This document shows positions 12,557-24,600 of a DNA stretch of 64,000 bases, piece by piece. How positions within the stretch are numbered: the stretch's first letter is position 1; each line of letters starts with the position of its first letter. The notes beneath the pieces were generated by a model. It ran no database searches. It saw nothing but the letters and a program-made list of their open reading frames with translations, and was not told where the DNA came from. Origin of the DNA: Anthoceros angustus (lineage: Eukaryota > Plantae > Anthocerotophyta); the NCBI GenBank assembly GCA_010909165.1, contig VJWM01000044.1:1736001-1800000 (forward strand). The letters run 5' to 3'. Made by a program: the position numbers and the translations under genes.

Positions 12557-13560
12557 TCACGTTTCAAAACCCCTCTTCCGTCCCTCGAATATAGTCTTTC
12601 CTCTACAAAGATCCTCAAAGTGACGATCCGAGACTCATCTTGGGTGGCTTCAATCTAAAACAATCGCTGTGTTGCATGTTCCCAATTCCCATCGCCGGCT
12701 ACTGGCCTTCGCTTCATCATCTTCTGTCGCCTGCCCTTGTCGCCACCACTCCTGCATCGCACATGATCCGTGGTTTGTTGTCCTTCCTCTAGCAAGTCCC
12801 TGCTTATGCTTTCATCCTTCTTGCACTAAGTGGAACCACGAGCCAACAATTTTTTCGCTAATACAAACTTCTTTAGCCAATCAGGCCGCTCCTCTCGTGG
12901 GCCTCGAATGTGAGCTCCTCTTTCCAGCAAAACCTCGAAACCATGTATGCGTTGTAGGGATATAACCAGACAATGGAGGTCGCCTCTATTGCAATAGAAT
13001 TGCGTAAAGCCGTTGTTGTCCCACTTCGCAACCATCCGTAATCCAATCTCCTTCTTCGAGAATGTTTTGATGAATTTCATCATCAACCCGAGAGGTCTTT
13101 GGTAGGGGCACACCACCATTTTGTCTTGAGACATGTACACCTGCTTCTTCACCACAGTATCATGTGCAATCACGGATCGTCCATTGTTAAAAGTCCCCTG
13201 CGTAATATTGGGCGTCATAGCCGCCCTTGCCTTCGAGCTGCCTTCCTTCACACACCAAGCAACTGTTATGTACTCCACTGTCTCAAATCCACCCCTGTCA
13301 TTACTCATGTTTGTTTTGTCCCAAACGAAGGACACCATTCCACCCTTGCCACATAATCCACGCATGCACTCTCTCACAAGGTGAGCTTCTTCCACTCCGT
13401 GCATGACAATGAGCCTGAATTCTTCCGCCGCCTTCTCTCGGAAGCTTTGGAAAATCGTGTTCATCATGCCCGCATCCAACCGACTATCCATAGGACCAAT
13501 GTCAAAGCCTCTTGGGACATCCATAACCGAAGGGTATAAGCCAATCAAGGAATCCGCATC
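12557..13560 (-). CDS. Beta-class amino-DNA methyltransferase domain (N6_N4_Mtase-like)
   Basis: Motif IV-like MDVPRG, then FVWDKTN, VEYITVAW, CPYQRPLGLMMKFIKTFS (cf. HPTQKP..L...I...S), GDWITDGCA(G)SGTT (SAM-binding motif I) and GRNSIAIE. Order IV...I defines the beta class. Confidence 0.8.
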
Positions 13561-14659
13561 TCCATAATGTTTCTTTTTCCACTTGATAGTAACACTCTTT
13601 CTCGCACTCGAACAGGAACAAGGTCAAATCTTGTCAACATTGCACGCTGCTCATCCTCAAGACTCTTCCGGTTGTTAATCTCAAATATGAAGTTCTTGAA
13701 ATCCTCCAGCTTTTGCAAATTCTCCACATCCTTTATTTCTGAACGCCGTGAAAGAAAAACGTTAGGCGAGGACACCACATTCCTATTGTATTCAAACAAG
13801 CGGATGATGACGAAGGAGGGTGTGAAAGACGCCGACGCCCTTCACACCTCCATCGACAAATTTGGTTGCTGTGCCAGGGGCGCCGGCCGGCGCCGGCGCC
13901 GCCGGCCGGCGCCGCCGGCCGGCGCCGCCGGTAGGTAGAGCAGGCGCGGGCGCCGCCCGCATATGTGCGGATAAGATGGGAGGGCGCCGGCCGCCTCCCC
14001 ACTATCGTGCCATTCTCTCGAGAGCGTGGCGGCGCCGCCACCGGCGCCAATGCAAAACGAAAAACCAAAGCGACTCATTGTCAGTGGTGACGGATCTCAC
14101 CTTCCCAGCAAAAGCCGTTTGAAATCGAGCAATCATGTCGTCCGTTGAGTGTAGAGGATATTCCTTCCTCACTTCCTCGAAAGATGAGCACTCCAGATGT
14201 TTAGCCATGGCCACTTGAATAACATGCAGTTTCTTTCTTGAAGTAATTTCGTCCTCCATTCCTTTGAGATCGAGGATGCTCGCCTTCCCCTTGCCGTGAC
14301 AAGAATCTGCTGCCCACATTCACCCACTGGTATACCCTGGAATGATTTCCAGGGTTTCGCGAGCATGTCTTTCGGCTTGAAATACATTGTTTCCACGTGT
14401 TTGGGATCATCTGTGACTTTCCTTTTTCCCTTCCCTTTCTTGCTGGTGCCAGCAGGTATGTGCTTCTTCTGCTCTGGTAACTCGCCTGCTTCCCACTTTG
14501 AAAAGATCTTATCAATATTATCCCATACCTTGCCTCCCCGCCGCGATGCAAGATGTGTGTCCTGTTGTCCACTTTGTTCCTTGTACACGTCATCTTCGCG
14601 CCTTCATCATCTTCAATTAATCCAAGAACCTTATAAAGATTGAACTTCCATGACATGGT

Positions 14660-15060
14660 CATCGCACTCCATCCCGACGCGCAATAAGAAGCTCATCTCG
14701 TAAATATCTTACATTCAATAAAAGACATTTTCTTCCGCTTGTCGGACATTGTGTTATGGTCGGTTGCAAGAACTCTCATCTCGTGCACCGTAAGCCCAGT
14801 ATACATGCGCTTCAACATATTGAAAACGGACTTCCCGAGCAATATCCGCCAAGTGCTTCATAGCGATATGTGTGGTTCCCCAAGTACACCCATAATATAT
14901 TTCTTGGCCCGACCGCCACCAACTTGCTAATATCGTTGCACTCCCGGGTCAATCATGCATGAATGGCGAACCCTTCTTCAATCCTTCCTTGAATAACTCG
15001 GCTAGGTAGTTTGACCATGCCTCGTCCACCCTCGATTTGGGCATCCGGTGTAATAAAAGA
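14660..15060 (-). CDS. ParB/Sulfiredoxin-like domain upstream of the MTase in the same ORF (frameshifted)
   Basis: Reconstructed RVDEAWSNYL..F..G...PF.CMIDP...LWVYLGNHT..AMKHL...YTGLTVHEMRVLATDHNTMS...MSFIEC; GNH...HN signature. Confidence 0.6.
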
Positions 15061-18000
15061 TCTTCAAATTCTCAAGCTTTACCAAGATCGCCTCGAACAA
15101 CTTTCTTGCATAGGCGAGTCCCCGATTATTGTCAATGGGTCCGATTCCGGATAGCATCTTCAAGTCTTTCCTCATCATCCGCACATGACCATATGTTATC
15201 TGGTGGGCTTCACTCACGCTTTCCTTCTGGATTTCTTCTTTCTCTTCCCCTGTGGAGCCTCGCTATGTGAGCGACTGGTATGCCCTGCGGCGTGCCCACC
15301 ATGCCTTGCTCTCCCACTCGAGTCCCTGTCTCCATACTCTCGGATCGGCGGACACGAGGTGCCTCAATAGAACCGACTGCCCGCCCACCGCCACCGTCTC
15401 TTCCGCAACAATTGTGCAGTCCAATCGGGGCCGCCCCAACCCTTCGGTGCCTTGGGAACCCGAAACCGCTTGGGGTCCGTGTAACGGTCTCAAGACTCGG
15501 AGGCGCCGGCCGCCTCACCCTCCTCCTCGCAGATACCGACTGGGTACCTCCATGGAGGAGCCGGAAAAGGAATGTCCGAACGGAGCATCCTTCCATCCTC
15601 GCCTCCGAAAGTCGTCATCGTCGGAGTGGCCAAGGACGTCGGGTATACACCCATCCTCCTCATCGATGGGCCGAGCTCACTAGCGCACTCGCTCGTGAGC
15701 CCATCATGCACATTCGTCGGCCGGGCTCGACTGCGTTGTGACATTTCCTCCTATCTTTGGATGACGGATTCGGTAATCTTCCGCATATGGTCGTAATTAG
15801 TGCTCTAGCTTCGAGCATCCCGCAAAACAAAAAAGGATTGAGGAAAGGCAAGATAGACAAGTCATGGAAACCAACATCACGATTTGCATCGCTTGAAAAC
15901 CTTATTCCAAAGTTTTACTTACAGCTATCGACGATAGCATTTCAATCCTCCACTGTTTGAAGGATCGCACTTCTTGCTTTGGAAGCCATGTAGGTGACCT
16001 CATAAGCCTTGTACATGGTTTCATCTTCGCTTATCCGATCAAATACCAAAGGCTTTGTTGTGCACAAGATCTCAAACATGTGCTCGTCCATCCATATCCA
16101 TCGCCCATAGAACCCACCACCCTTGCTCCGGTTTGGCAAGGCCCCTTGAACCCTACGACCCACGGTTTCAATAGAGGAGTCCAAAATTGTTCTCCTCCAA
16201 GGCTCCTCATCCCGTGTCAACATCCTCCTTCTCGAGCGTAACAGTGGCCTCCACCTTGCTCCCCAACCGAGATGGCAACAATATCCTCATAGTTAAATGG
16301 CGTTGGAATAGGCGCTGCACCGATTGCTGGGGGTCTCTTCCTCGGTCTCCTCCTCCTCAGCCTTCTCCTTCGCTAGCCGGCCTTATGTTAGGCTGCCCGA
16401 TTTCCCATGCCCAATTGACAAATTACCTGTGGGGTGCTTGATGGCTGGTTGTATCTGCGCCTCCACCGGAGGTAGGCGGCCTTCTCCGACATCCACACCA
16501 AATTCCGCCGCATCCTTCTTCCCGGCCGGGATTTCTTGGTTTTGGGCATCGGGTCGATGGCGCCTCGTTCTCCACGTTCCTTCCTACTTCGCCTTCCGCT
16601 TGCCATCCTCAAGAGATTAGATACAATCGCCATAGGAAGCCAAAAAGAATTCAGCGCCCCAACCCTTCGCATGTGCCTTGGGAACCCGAAACCGCGTGTA
16701 ACCAGTCTCAAGACTTATCGAGGAGGGGCGCCGGCCGCGCCTCACCCTCCTCTCGCAGATACAACATGGGTACCTCCATGGAGGGAAAAGGAATGTCCAA
16801 CGGAGCATCCTTCCATCCTCTCGCCTCCGAAAGTCGCCATCGTCGAGTGGCCAGGGACGTATACACCCATCCTCCTCATCGATGGGCCGAGCTCACTAGC
16901 CGCATCGGCGGCCGTGAGCCCATCATGCACATTCGTCTGGGCTCGACTGCCGTGACATTTCCTCCCGCCGGATGACGGATTCGGTAATCTTCCCGCATAT
17001 GGTCGTAATTAGTGCTCTAGCTTGCGAGCATCCCGCAAATGTAAAAGGATTGAGGAAAGGCAAGATAGAAGGCACAAGTCATGGAAACCAACATACGATT
17101 TGCATCATCGCTTGAAAACCTTATTCCAAAGTTTTACTTACAGCTATCGACGATAGCATTTCAATCCTCCACCAGTTTGAAGGATCGCACTTCTTGCTTT
17201 GGAAGCCATGTAGGTGACCTCATAAGCCTTGTACATGGTTTCATCTTCGCTTATCCGATCAAATACCAAAGGCTTTGTTGTGCACGATCAAACACATGTG
17301 CTCGCCCATCCATATCCACGCCGCCATAGAACCCACTTGCTCGGTTTGGCAAGGCCCCTTGAACCCTACGACCACGGTTTCAATAGAGGAGTCCAAAATT
17401 GTTCTCCTCAAGGCTCCTCATCCTGTGTCAACATCCTTCCTTCTCGAGCGTAATGGCCTCCACCTTGCTCCCCAACCGACGATGGCAACAATATCCTCAT
17501 AGTTAAATGGCGTTGGAATAGGCGCTGCAGATTGCCTGTGGGGTCTCTTCCTCGGTCTCCTCCCAGCCTTCTCCTTCGCTAGCCGGCCTTCCCGGATGTT
17601 AGGCTGCCCGATTTCCCATGCCCAATTGACAAATTACCTGTGGTGCTTGATGGCTGGTTGTATCTCGCCCTCCACCGGAGGTAGGCCGCGGCCTTCTCCG
17701 ACATCCACACCAAATTCCCGCCGCATCCTTCTTCCGCTGGCCGGGATTTCTTGGTTTTGGGCATCGGGTCGGGATGTTGCCTCGGTTCTCCACGTTCCTT
17801 CCTACTTCGCCTTCCGCTTGCCATCCTCAAGAGATTAGATACCGCCATAGGAAGCGCAATTCAAAGAAGGAATCCCGCACAACTTGAAGGAAATTTGCGA
17901 GCAGGAAGGGGAGGGCCATACCAAGACTATGTGAATCGCGCGAAGAGGAAATGGCGGAGGATCGCAGCGTGGAGAAGTCGCCGGGAGAGCCAAAAGTCCT

Positions 18001-18659
18001 TCACCGAGTTGGGCCGAGAGGCGCCGCCACCGCTCCGTCTGGGAAGAACTTGCTCGTCTCTCGGTTACTCTCCACTGAATCGAAGTATGACGCCTGCTCG
18101 GTCACGCCATACACATGTCTGGCAACCCTAACCATAAATGTCAATTAAGGTAATGCTTACATGGAAAACCATTTATAGGACCCTAAGTCAAAAGCCGTAC
18201 ATGTGAACCCCAATGCAGAAAACAATGAAGAGGCGGTGTGCACCGCCAAGTTCTACCGGTGAAGATCTTTCGGTTTATTTGCTCATAATGGCATTTCCAC
18301 CTTACCTTGATCGGTCGCCTATGTCATGGCATACCACGCCTGTGAAGAGTGAGGACCATATTTCGAGGTTAGAGGTGCGGAGTCCTCGTGCGGCGACAAT
18401 GTTGCGCCACACACACATCGCTTGTCGAAGAGGTCGAGTTTTTCGTCCACAAGTTCATTACTTCGCTTTGTGCGATCAAGGGGAACATGTACTTGAGAAC
18501 AAGTGTTGGGTTTGCATCTCTCCTCCTGCTCACCATGTAATGACGACATTGATGTTGTCGCAGCAGAATGGTGAGGAAGAGGGTCTTTTGATTTCGGATG
18601 GTAGGTGACTCTCTTGTGAGGAGCCAAGGATGGTCAGATTGAATGGGGCCCCGCGCCCT

Positions 18660-21600
18660 TCCGATCATGAGCAACGAAAACGAGTCCGAACTCCGAAGGT
18701 TAGTTTGCCTTCAACAAGAAACTTTTTGTGAAGACAATGTTGTGGCCGAATAGTCCACCCCATCCGTGGCGGATTCCATCTCATGCACACCGCACGTGGT
18801 ATTGCGGTAATGCTCGCCATCGACAAGCGCCCTCTCCGGCATTCCGCGTGGGGTGCCCATGACCCCGTGAACTTGAACTTATATCGCCATTGATGGGAAT
18901 CCGCATCCAGCGAAGACACGGAAGGAAGGGAGATGGGGTGCGAATCCCGTCGTGGTTTGTTCCGCCAAGGAGCGATGTGCGAGGATGACCGCAGGATCGA
19001 GTTCTTCCACAAGCAAATGATCCGTGGATCGAGGATGGGGATGATGACTTTGTTCACCCTCCGCTGGTGCATCCGGAACATTCCATCCCAAGCCTTTAAG
19101 TGAGACATTGATGACAACAAAGCTTTCGGACAAGCGTGACGGCAGCGGGTGTCTTTGCAAAAATGTGAATGGAGAAGGTGACGGCAGACTTTCTTAAACC
19201 GTGTTGCAACCAAATGTGCATGCAGAGGTTGACCAAGCAAGGCCTTGAGCAACGATATAGGTTCCTCACAATGTGCAAGAGCAAGAGACATTTCTTCAAA
19301 GCCTCGTACATCGGGACCCGAGTCAAACTAACAAAGAAAGAGTTTTACGCATGTTATGGGATCGGTTCCTACTGCGTGAAGGCCTTGAAGAGTATATTGT
19401 ATGGGGCAGACACGAGGAATCGAAAGGGAGGGTCATGAGGAATGCCCGTGGGATAGTGTTCGAACCAACCCAATTCATAAGTCCCGTCATGCACTTGGTG
19501 CTCTAGCGTGGATGGATAATGCTTTTCGCTTCATGGTGAAAGACTTCAACGTGTGTATAACCCGCCGACACCTATACAAAGCTGGAGATATGGTCATTGT
19601 ACAAACGGCGGTCAAAAGCTCGTCTGCGCAGACGACGTGGTTTTGAAGTTATGGAAATCTAACTTCAGAGTGAAGATTCCCAAATCCAACAGTTCTCGAC
19701 CGCTCAATATGTGAGGTTAAAGACCACCATTCGAATACAACTCGGAAGGTTGATCAAGGTAGATATCACTCTACCACTAGTACAACCCATCTGCCGGTGG
19801 GAGGAGTTTTTCGTGTTCATCCCATAGTTCGCCGAATGAGCACCGGATGGTCTTGAATGGGGCCCCGCCTTCCGATCATGAGCAACGAAAACGAGTCCGA
19901 ACTCCGGAAGGTTAGTTTGCCTTCAACAAGAAAGCGACTTGTTTGCGGTGAAGACAATGTTGTGGCGAATAGTCCACCCCATCCGTGGATTCCATCTCAT
20001 GCACACCGCAGTGGTATTGCGGTAATGCTCGCCATCGACAAGCGCCCTCTCCGGCATTCCGCGTGGGGTGCCCATGAACTTGAACTTATATCGCCATTGA
20101 TGGGAATCCGCATCCAGCGAAGACACCGGGAAGGAAGGGAGATGGGGTGCGAATCCCGTCGTGGTTTGTTCCGCCAAGGAGCGATGTGCGAGGATGACCG
20201 CAGGGGTGAGTTCTTCCACAAGCAAATGATCCGTGGATCGAGGATGGGGATGATGACTTTGTTCACCCTCCTCCTGGTGCATCGGAACATTCCATCCCAA
20301 GCCTTTAAGTGAGACATTGATGACAACAAAGCTTTCGGACAAGCGCAGCGGCGGCGGGGGGTGTCTTTGCAAAAATGAAGGAGAAGGTGACGGCAGACTT
20401 TCTTAAACCGTGTTGCAACCAAATGTGCATGCAGAGGTTGACCAAGCAAGGCCTTGAGCAACGATATAGGTTCCTCACAATGTGCAAGAGCAAGAGACAT
20501 TTCTTCAAAGCCTCGTACATCGGGACCCGAGTCAAACTAACAAAGAAAGAGTTTTTACGCATGTTATGGGATCGGTTCCTCTGCTACTGCGTGAAGGCCT
20601 TGAGAGTATATTGTATGGGGCACAACGATACGAGGCGAAAGGGAGGGTCATGAGGAATGCCCGTGGATAGTGTTCGAACCAACCCAATTCATAAGTCCCG
20701 TCATGCACTTGGTGCTCTAGCGTGGATGGATAATGCTTTTCGCTCATGGTGAAAGACTTCAACGTGCGGTGTATAACCCGACACCTATACAAATGGAGAT
20801 ATGGTCATTGTACAAACGGCGTGTCAAAAGCTCGTCTGCGTTTGGACGCGTGGTTTTGAAGTTATGGAAATCTAACTTCAGTGAAGATTCCCAAATCCAA
20901 CAGTTCTCGACCGCTCAATATGTGCGAGGTTAAAGACCACCATTCGAATACAACTCGGAAGGTTGATCAAGGTAGATATCACTCTACCACTAGTACAACC
21001 TGCTGGTGGGAGGAGTTTTTTCATCCCATAGTTCGCGAATGAGCGGTGGTATGCGGATGGTTCAAAAACTGAGTGAGTGGCGTGGCCGGCGCCCACCCCT
21101 GGATGACCGAATCAAGTTGCTCGAGTACCATGTTTGAAACTCGCAGTCCTTGTTCATGGATGGCCCCAGGTTGTAGGTTTGATTGGTCGAGTAGGGGGGC
21201 GCCGCGCCGGCGCCGGCCCCATCCACCTTCAAACTCGCCAACCATAATATATGACCTAGAAGGTGGACGTTTTGTAGATTTTAGATTGGGGAAGATGGTA
21301 AATGTATGTGTGAAGAGGTGATAGTCCACGACATCGGTTTGTTGTATGCAATGGGTTTCATGGATTCCGCCTTCGCTTGTGGTGTGGAAGAAGCGTGTTT
21401 GTATGTGTGAAATTGGGGAACGTGAAAACTTGGAAGGATGTGAACTTGAACTTATATGCCATTGATGGGAATCCGCATCCAGCGAAGACACCGGAAGGAA
21501 GGGAGATGGGGTGCGAATCCCCGTGGTTTGTTCCGCCAAGGAGCGATGAGGATGACCGCAGGATCGAGTTCTTCCACAAGCAAATGATCCGTGGATCGAG

Positions 21601-24600
21601 GATGGGGATGATGACTTTGTTCACCCTCCTTTGGTGCATCTGGAACATTCCATCCCAAGCCTTTAAGTGAGACATTGATGACAACAAAGCTCGGGACAAG
21701 CGCAGGCGACGGCGGGGTGTCTTTGCAAAAATGTGAATGGAGAAGGTGACGACTTTCTTAAACCGTGTTGCAACCAAATGTGCATGCAGAGGTTGACCAA
21801 GCAAGGCCTTGAGCAACGATATAGGTTCCTCACAATGTGCAAGAGCAAGAGACATTTCTTCAAAGCCTCGTACATCGGGACCCGAGTCAAACTAACAAAG
21901 AAAGAGTTTTTACGCATGTTATGGGATCGGTTCCTACTGTGAAGGCCTTGAAGAGTATATTGTATGGGGCACATACGAGGAATCGAAAGGGAGGGTCATG
22001 AGGAATGCCCGTGTGTGTTCGAACCAACCCAATTCATAAGTCCCGTCATGCACTTGGTGCTCTAGCGTGGATGGATAATGCTTTTCGCTTCATGGTGAAA
22101 AGACTTCAACGGCGTGTATAACACCGACACCTATACAAAGCGGAGATATGGTCATTGTACAAACGGCGTGTCAAAGCTCGTCCGCAGACGTGACGCGTGG
22201 TTTTGAAGTTATGGAAATCTAACTTCAGAGTGAAGATTCCCAAATCCAACAGTTCTCGACCGCTCAATATGTGCGGTTAAAGACCACCATTCGAATACAA
22301 CTCGGAAGGTTGATCAAGGTAGATATCACTCTACCACTAGTACAACCCATCTGCGGTGGGAGGAGTTTTCGTTCATCCCATAGTTCGCCGAATGAGCATG
22401 GCGATGGTTCGAAAACTGAGTGACGGGTGGGCGCCGGCCGGCGCCCACCCTCGGACCGACTGCTTGATCAAGTTGCGAGTACCATGTTGAAACTCAGTGT
22501 CCTTGTTCATGGATGGCCCCTGGTTGTAGGTTTGATTGGTCGAGGTTAGTGGGCGCCGCTGCCGGCCCCGGCCCCATCCACCTTCAAACTCGCCAACCAT
22601 AATATATGACCTAGAAGGTGGACGTTTTGTAGATTTTAGATTGGGGAAGATGGTAAATGTATGTGTGAAGAGGTGATAGTCCACGACATTTGTTGTATGC
22701 AATGGGTTTCATGGATTCTGTCTTCGCTTGTGGTGGAAGAAGCGTGTTTGTATGTGTGAAATTGGGGAACGTGAAAACTTGGAAGGATGTGAAACTTGGA
22801 ACGTGTTTGTGGCGGAAAAATATCGCCAGGAGGCACACCGCTGCAGGAGGAGCGGGAAAAATGGCAAAACACCGTGAAAAGAGTTACAGGAACCGGATAA
22901 GTACATGCTCCTCGCTATAGACGGAATGGACCAAGAAGACCGAGATTCCACACTTTCTGCGTTGGCCAAAGAATCTTGATGAGGACCGTGTATCTGCACG
23001 TAGTGGTTGCATGATCCACAATTATACAAAGCGGAGATATGGTCATTGTACAAGCGGCGTGTCAAAGCTCGTCTGCGGTTTGTGACGTCTGTGGTTTTGA
23101 AGTTATGGAAATCTAACTTCAGAGTGAAGATTCCCAAATCCAACAGTTCTCGACGCTCAATATGTCAGGTTAAAGACCACCATTCGAATACAACTCGGAA
23201 GGTTGATCAAGGTAGATATCACTCTACCACTAGTACAACCCATCTGCTGGGGAGGAGTTTTTGAGTTCATCCCATAGTTCGCGAATGAGCGGTGGTATGC
23301 GGATGGTTCGAAAACTGAGTGTCGGAGGGTGGCCGCCCCCGCCAGATCAGACACCGTTTAAGTTGCTCGAGTACCATGTTTGAAACTCGCAGTCCTTGTT
23401 CATGGATGGCCCACAGGTTGTAGGTTTGATTGGTCGAGTTTGTGCCGGCGCCGGCCGCGCCCCATCCACCTTCAAACTCGCCAACCATAATATATGACCT
23501 AGAAGGTGGACGTTTTGTAGATTTTAGATTGGGGAAGATGGTAAATGTATGTGTGAAGAGGTGATAGTCCACGACATCGGTTTGTTGTATGCAATGGGTT
23601 TCATGGATTACATCTTCGCTTGTGGTGTGGAAGAAGCGTGTTTGTATGTGTGAAATTGGGAGCGTGAAAACTTGGAAGGATGTGACACTTGGAGCGTGTT
23701 TGGTGTGGCGGAAAAATATCGGCCGCGTTAGAGGCACACCGTCGGAGGAGGCGGGAAAAATGGCAAAACACCGTGAAAAGAGTTCTGAGGGCGGATAAGT
23801 ACATGCTCCTCGCTATAGGCGGAATGGACGAAGCGAGATTCCACACTTTGCGTTGGCCAAAGAATCTTGATGAGGACCGTGTATCGTGCACGTAGTGGGT
23901 TGCATGATCCACAATTATACAAAGCGGAGATATGGTCATTGTACAAACGGGTGTCAAAGCTCGTCTGCGACGTGGTTTTTGAAGTTATGGAAATCTAACT
24001 TCAGAGTGAAGATTCCCAAATCCAACAGTTCTCGACCGCTCAATATGTCTGGTTAAAGACCACCATTCGAATACAACTCGGAAGGTTGATCAAGGTAGAT
24101 ATCACTCTACCACTAGTACAACCCATCCGCCGGAGGAGTTTTCGTGTTCATCCCATAGTTCGCCGAATGAGCATGGTATGCGGATGGTTCGAAAACTGAG
24201 TGTCGAGGGTGGCGCCCGCCGCGCCCACCCTCGATGATGACTGCTTGCTGGAGTACCATGTTTGAAACTCGCAGTCCTTGTTCATGGATGGCCCCTGGTT
24301 GTAGGTTTGATTGGTCGAGTTTAGGGCCGGGGCGCCGCCGGCCGGCCCCATCCACCTTCAAACTCGCCAACCATAATATATGACCTAGAAGGTGGACGTT
24401 TTGTAGATTTTAGATTGGGGAAGATGGTAAATGTATGTGAAGAGGTGATAGTCCACGACATCGGTTTGTTGTATGCAATGGGTTTCATGGATTACATCTT
24501 CGCTTGTGGTGTGGAAGAAGCGTGTTTGTATGTGTGAAATTGGGAACGTGAAAACTTGGAAGGATGTGACACTTGGAACGTGTTTGTGGAGAAAATATCA

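Larger units (their letters stand above)
12557..17824 (-). pseudogene. Large element B accessory ORF (unknown N-domain + ParB-like + helical linker + MTase); N-terminus duplicated (ATG at 16606 and 17824)
   Basis: Continuous same-strand coding fragments joined by frameshifts; about 1350 codons from 16606. Confidence 0.6.

Noticed and set aside
12557-15060. ParB-MTase as bacterial or phage contamination
   Set aside because: Embedded within the TIRs of an element with a eukaryotic-type transposase, on a contig with spliced plant genes; no other phage genes are present.
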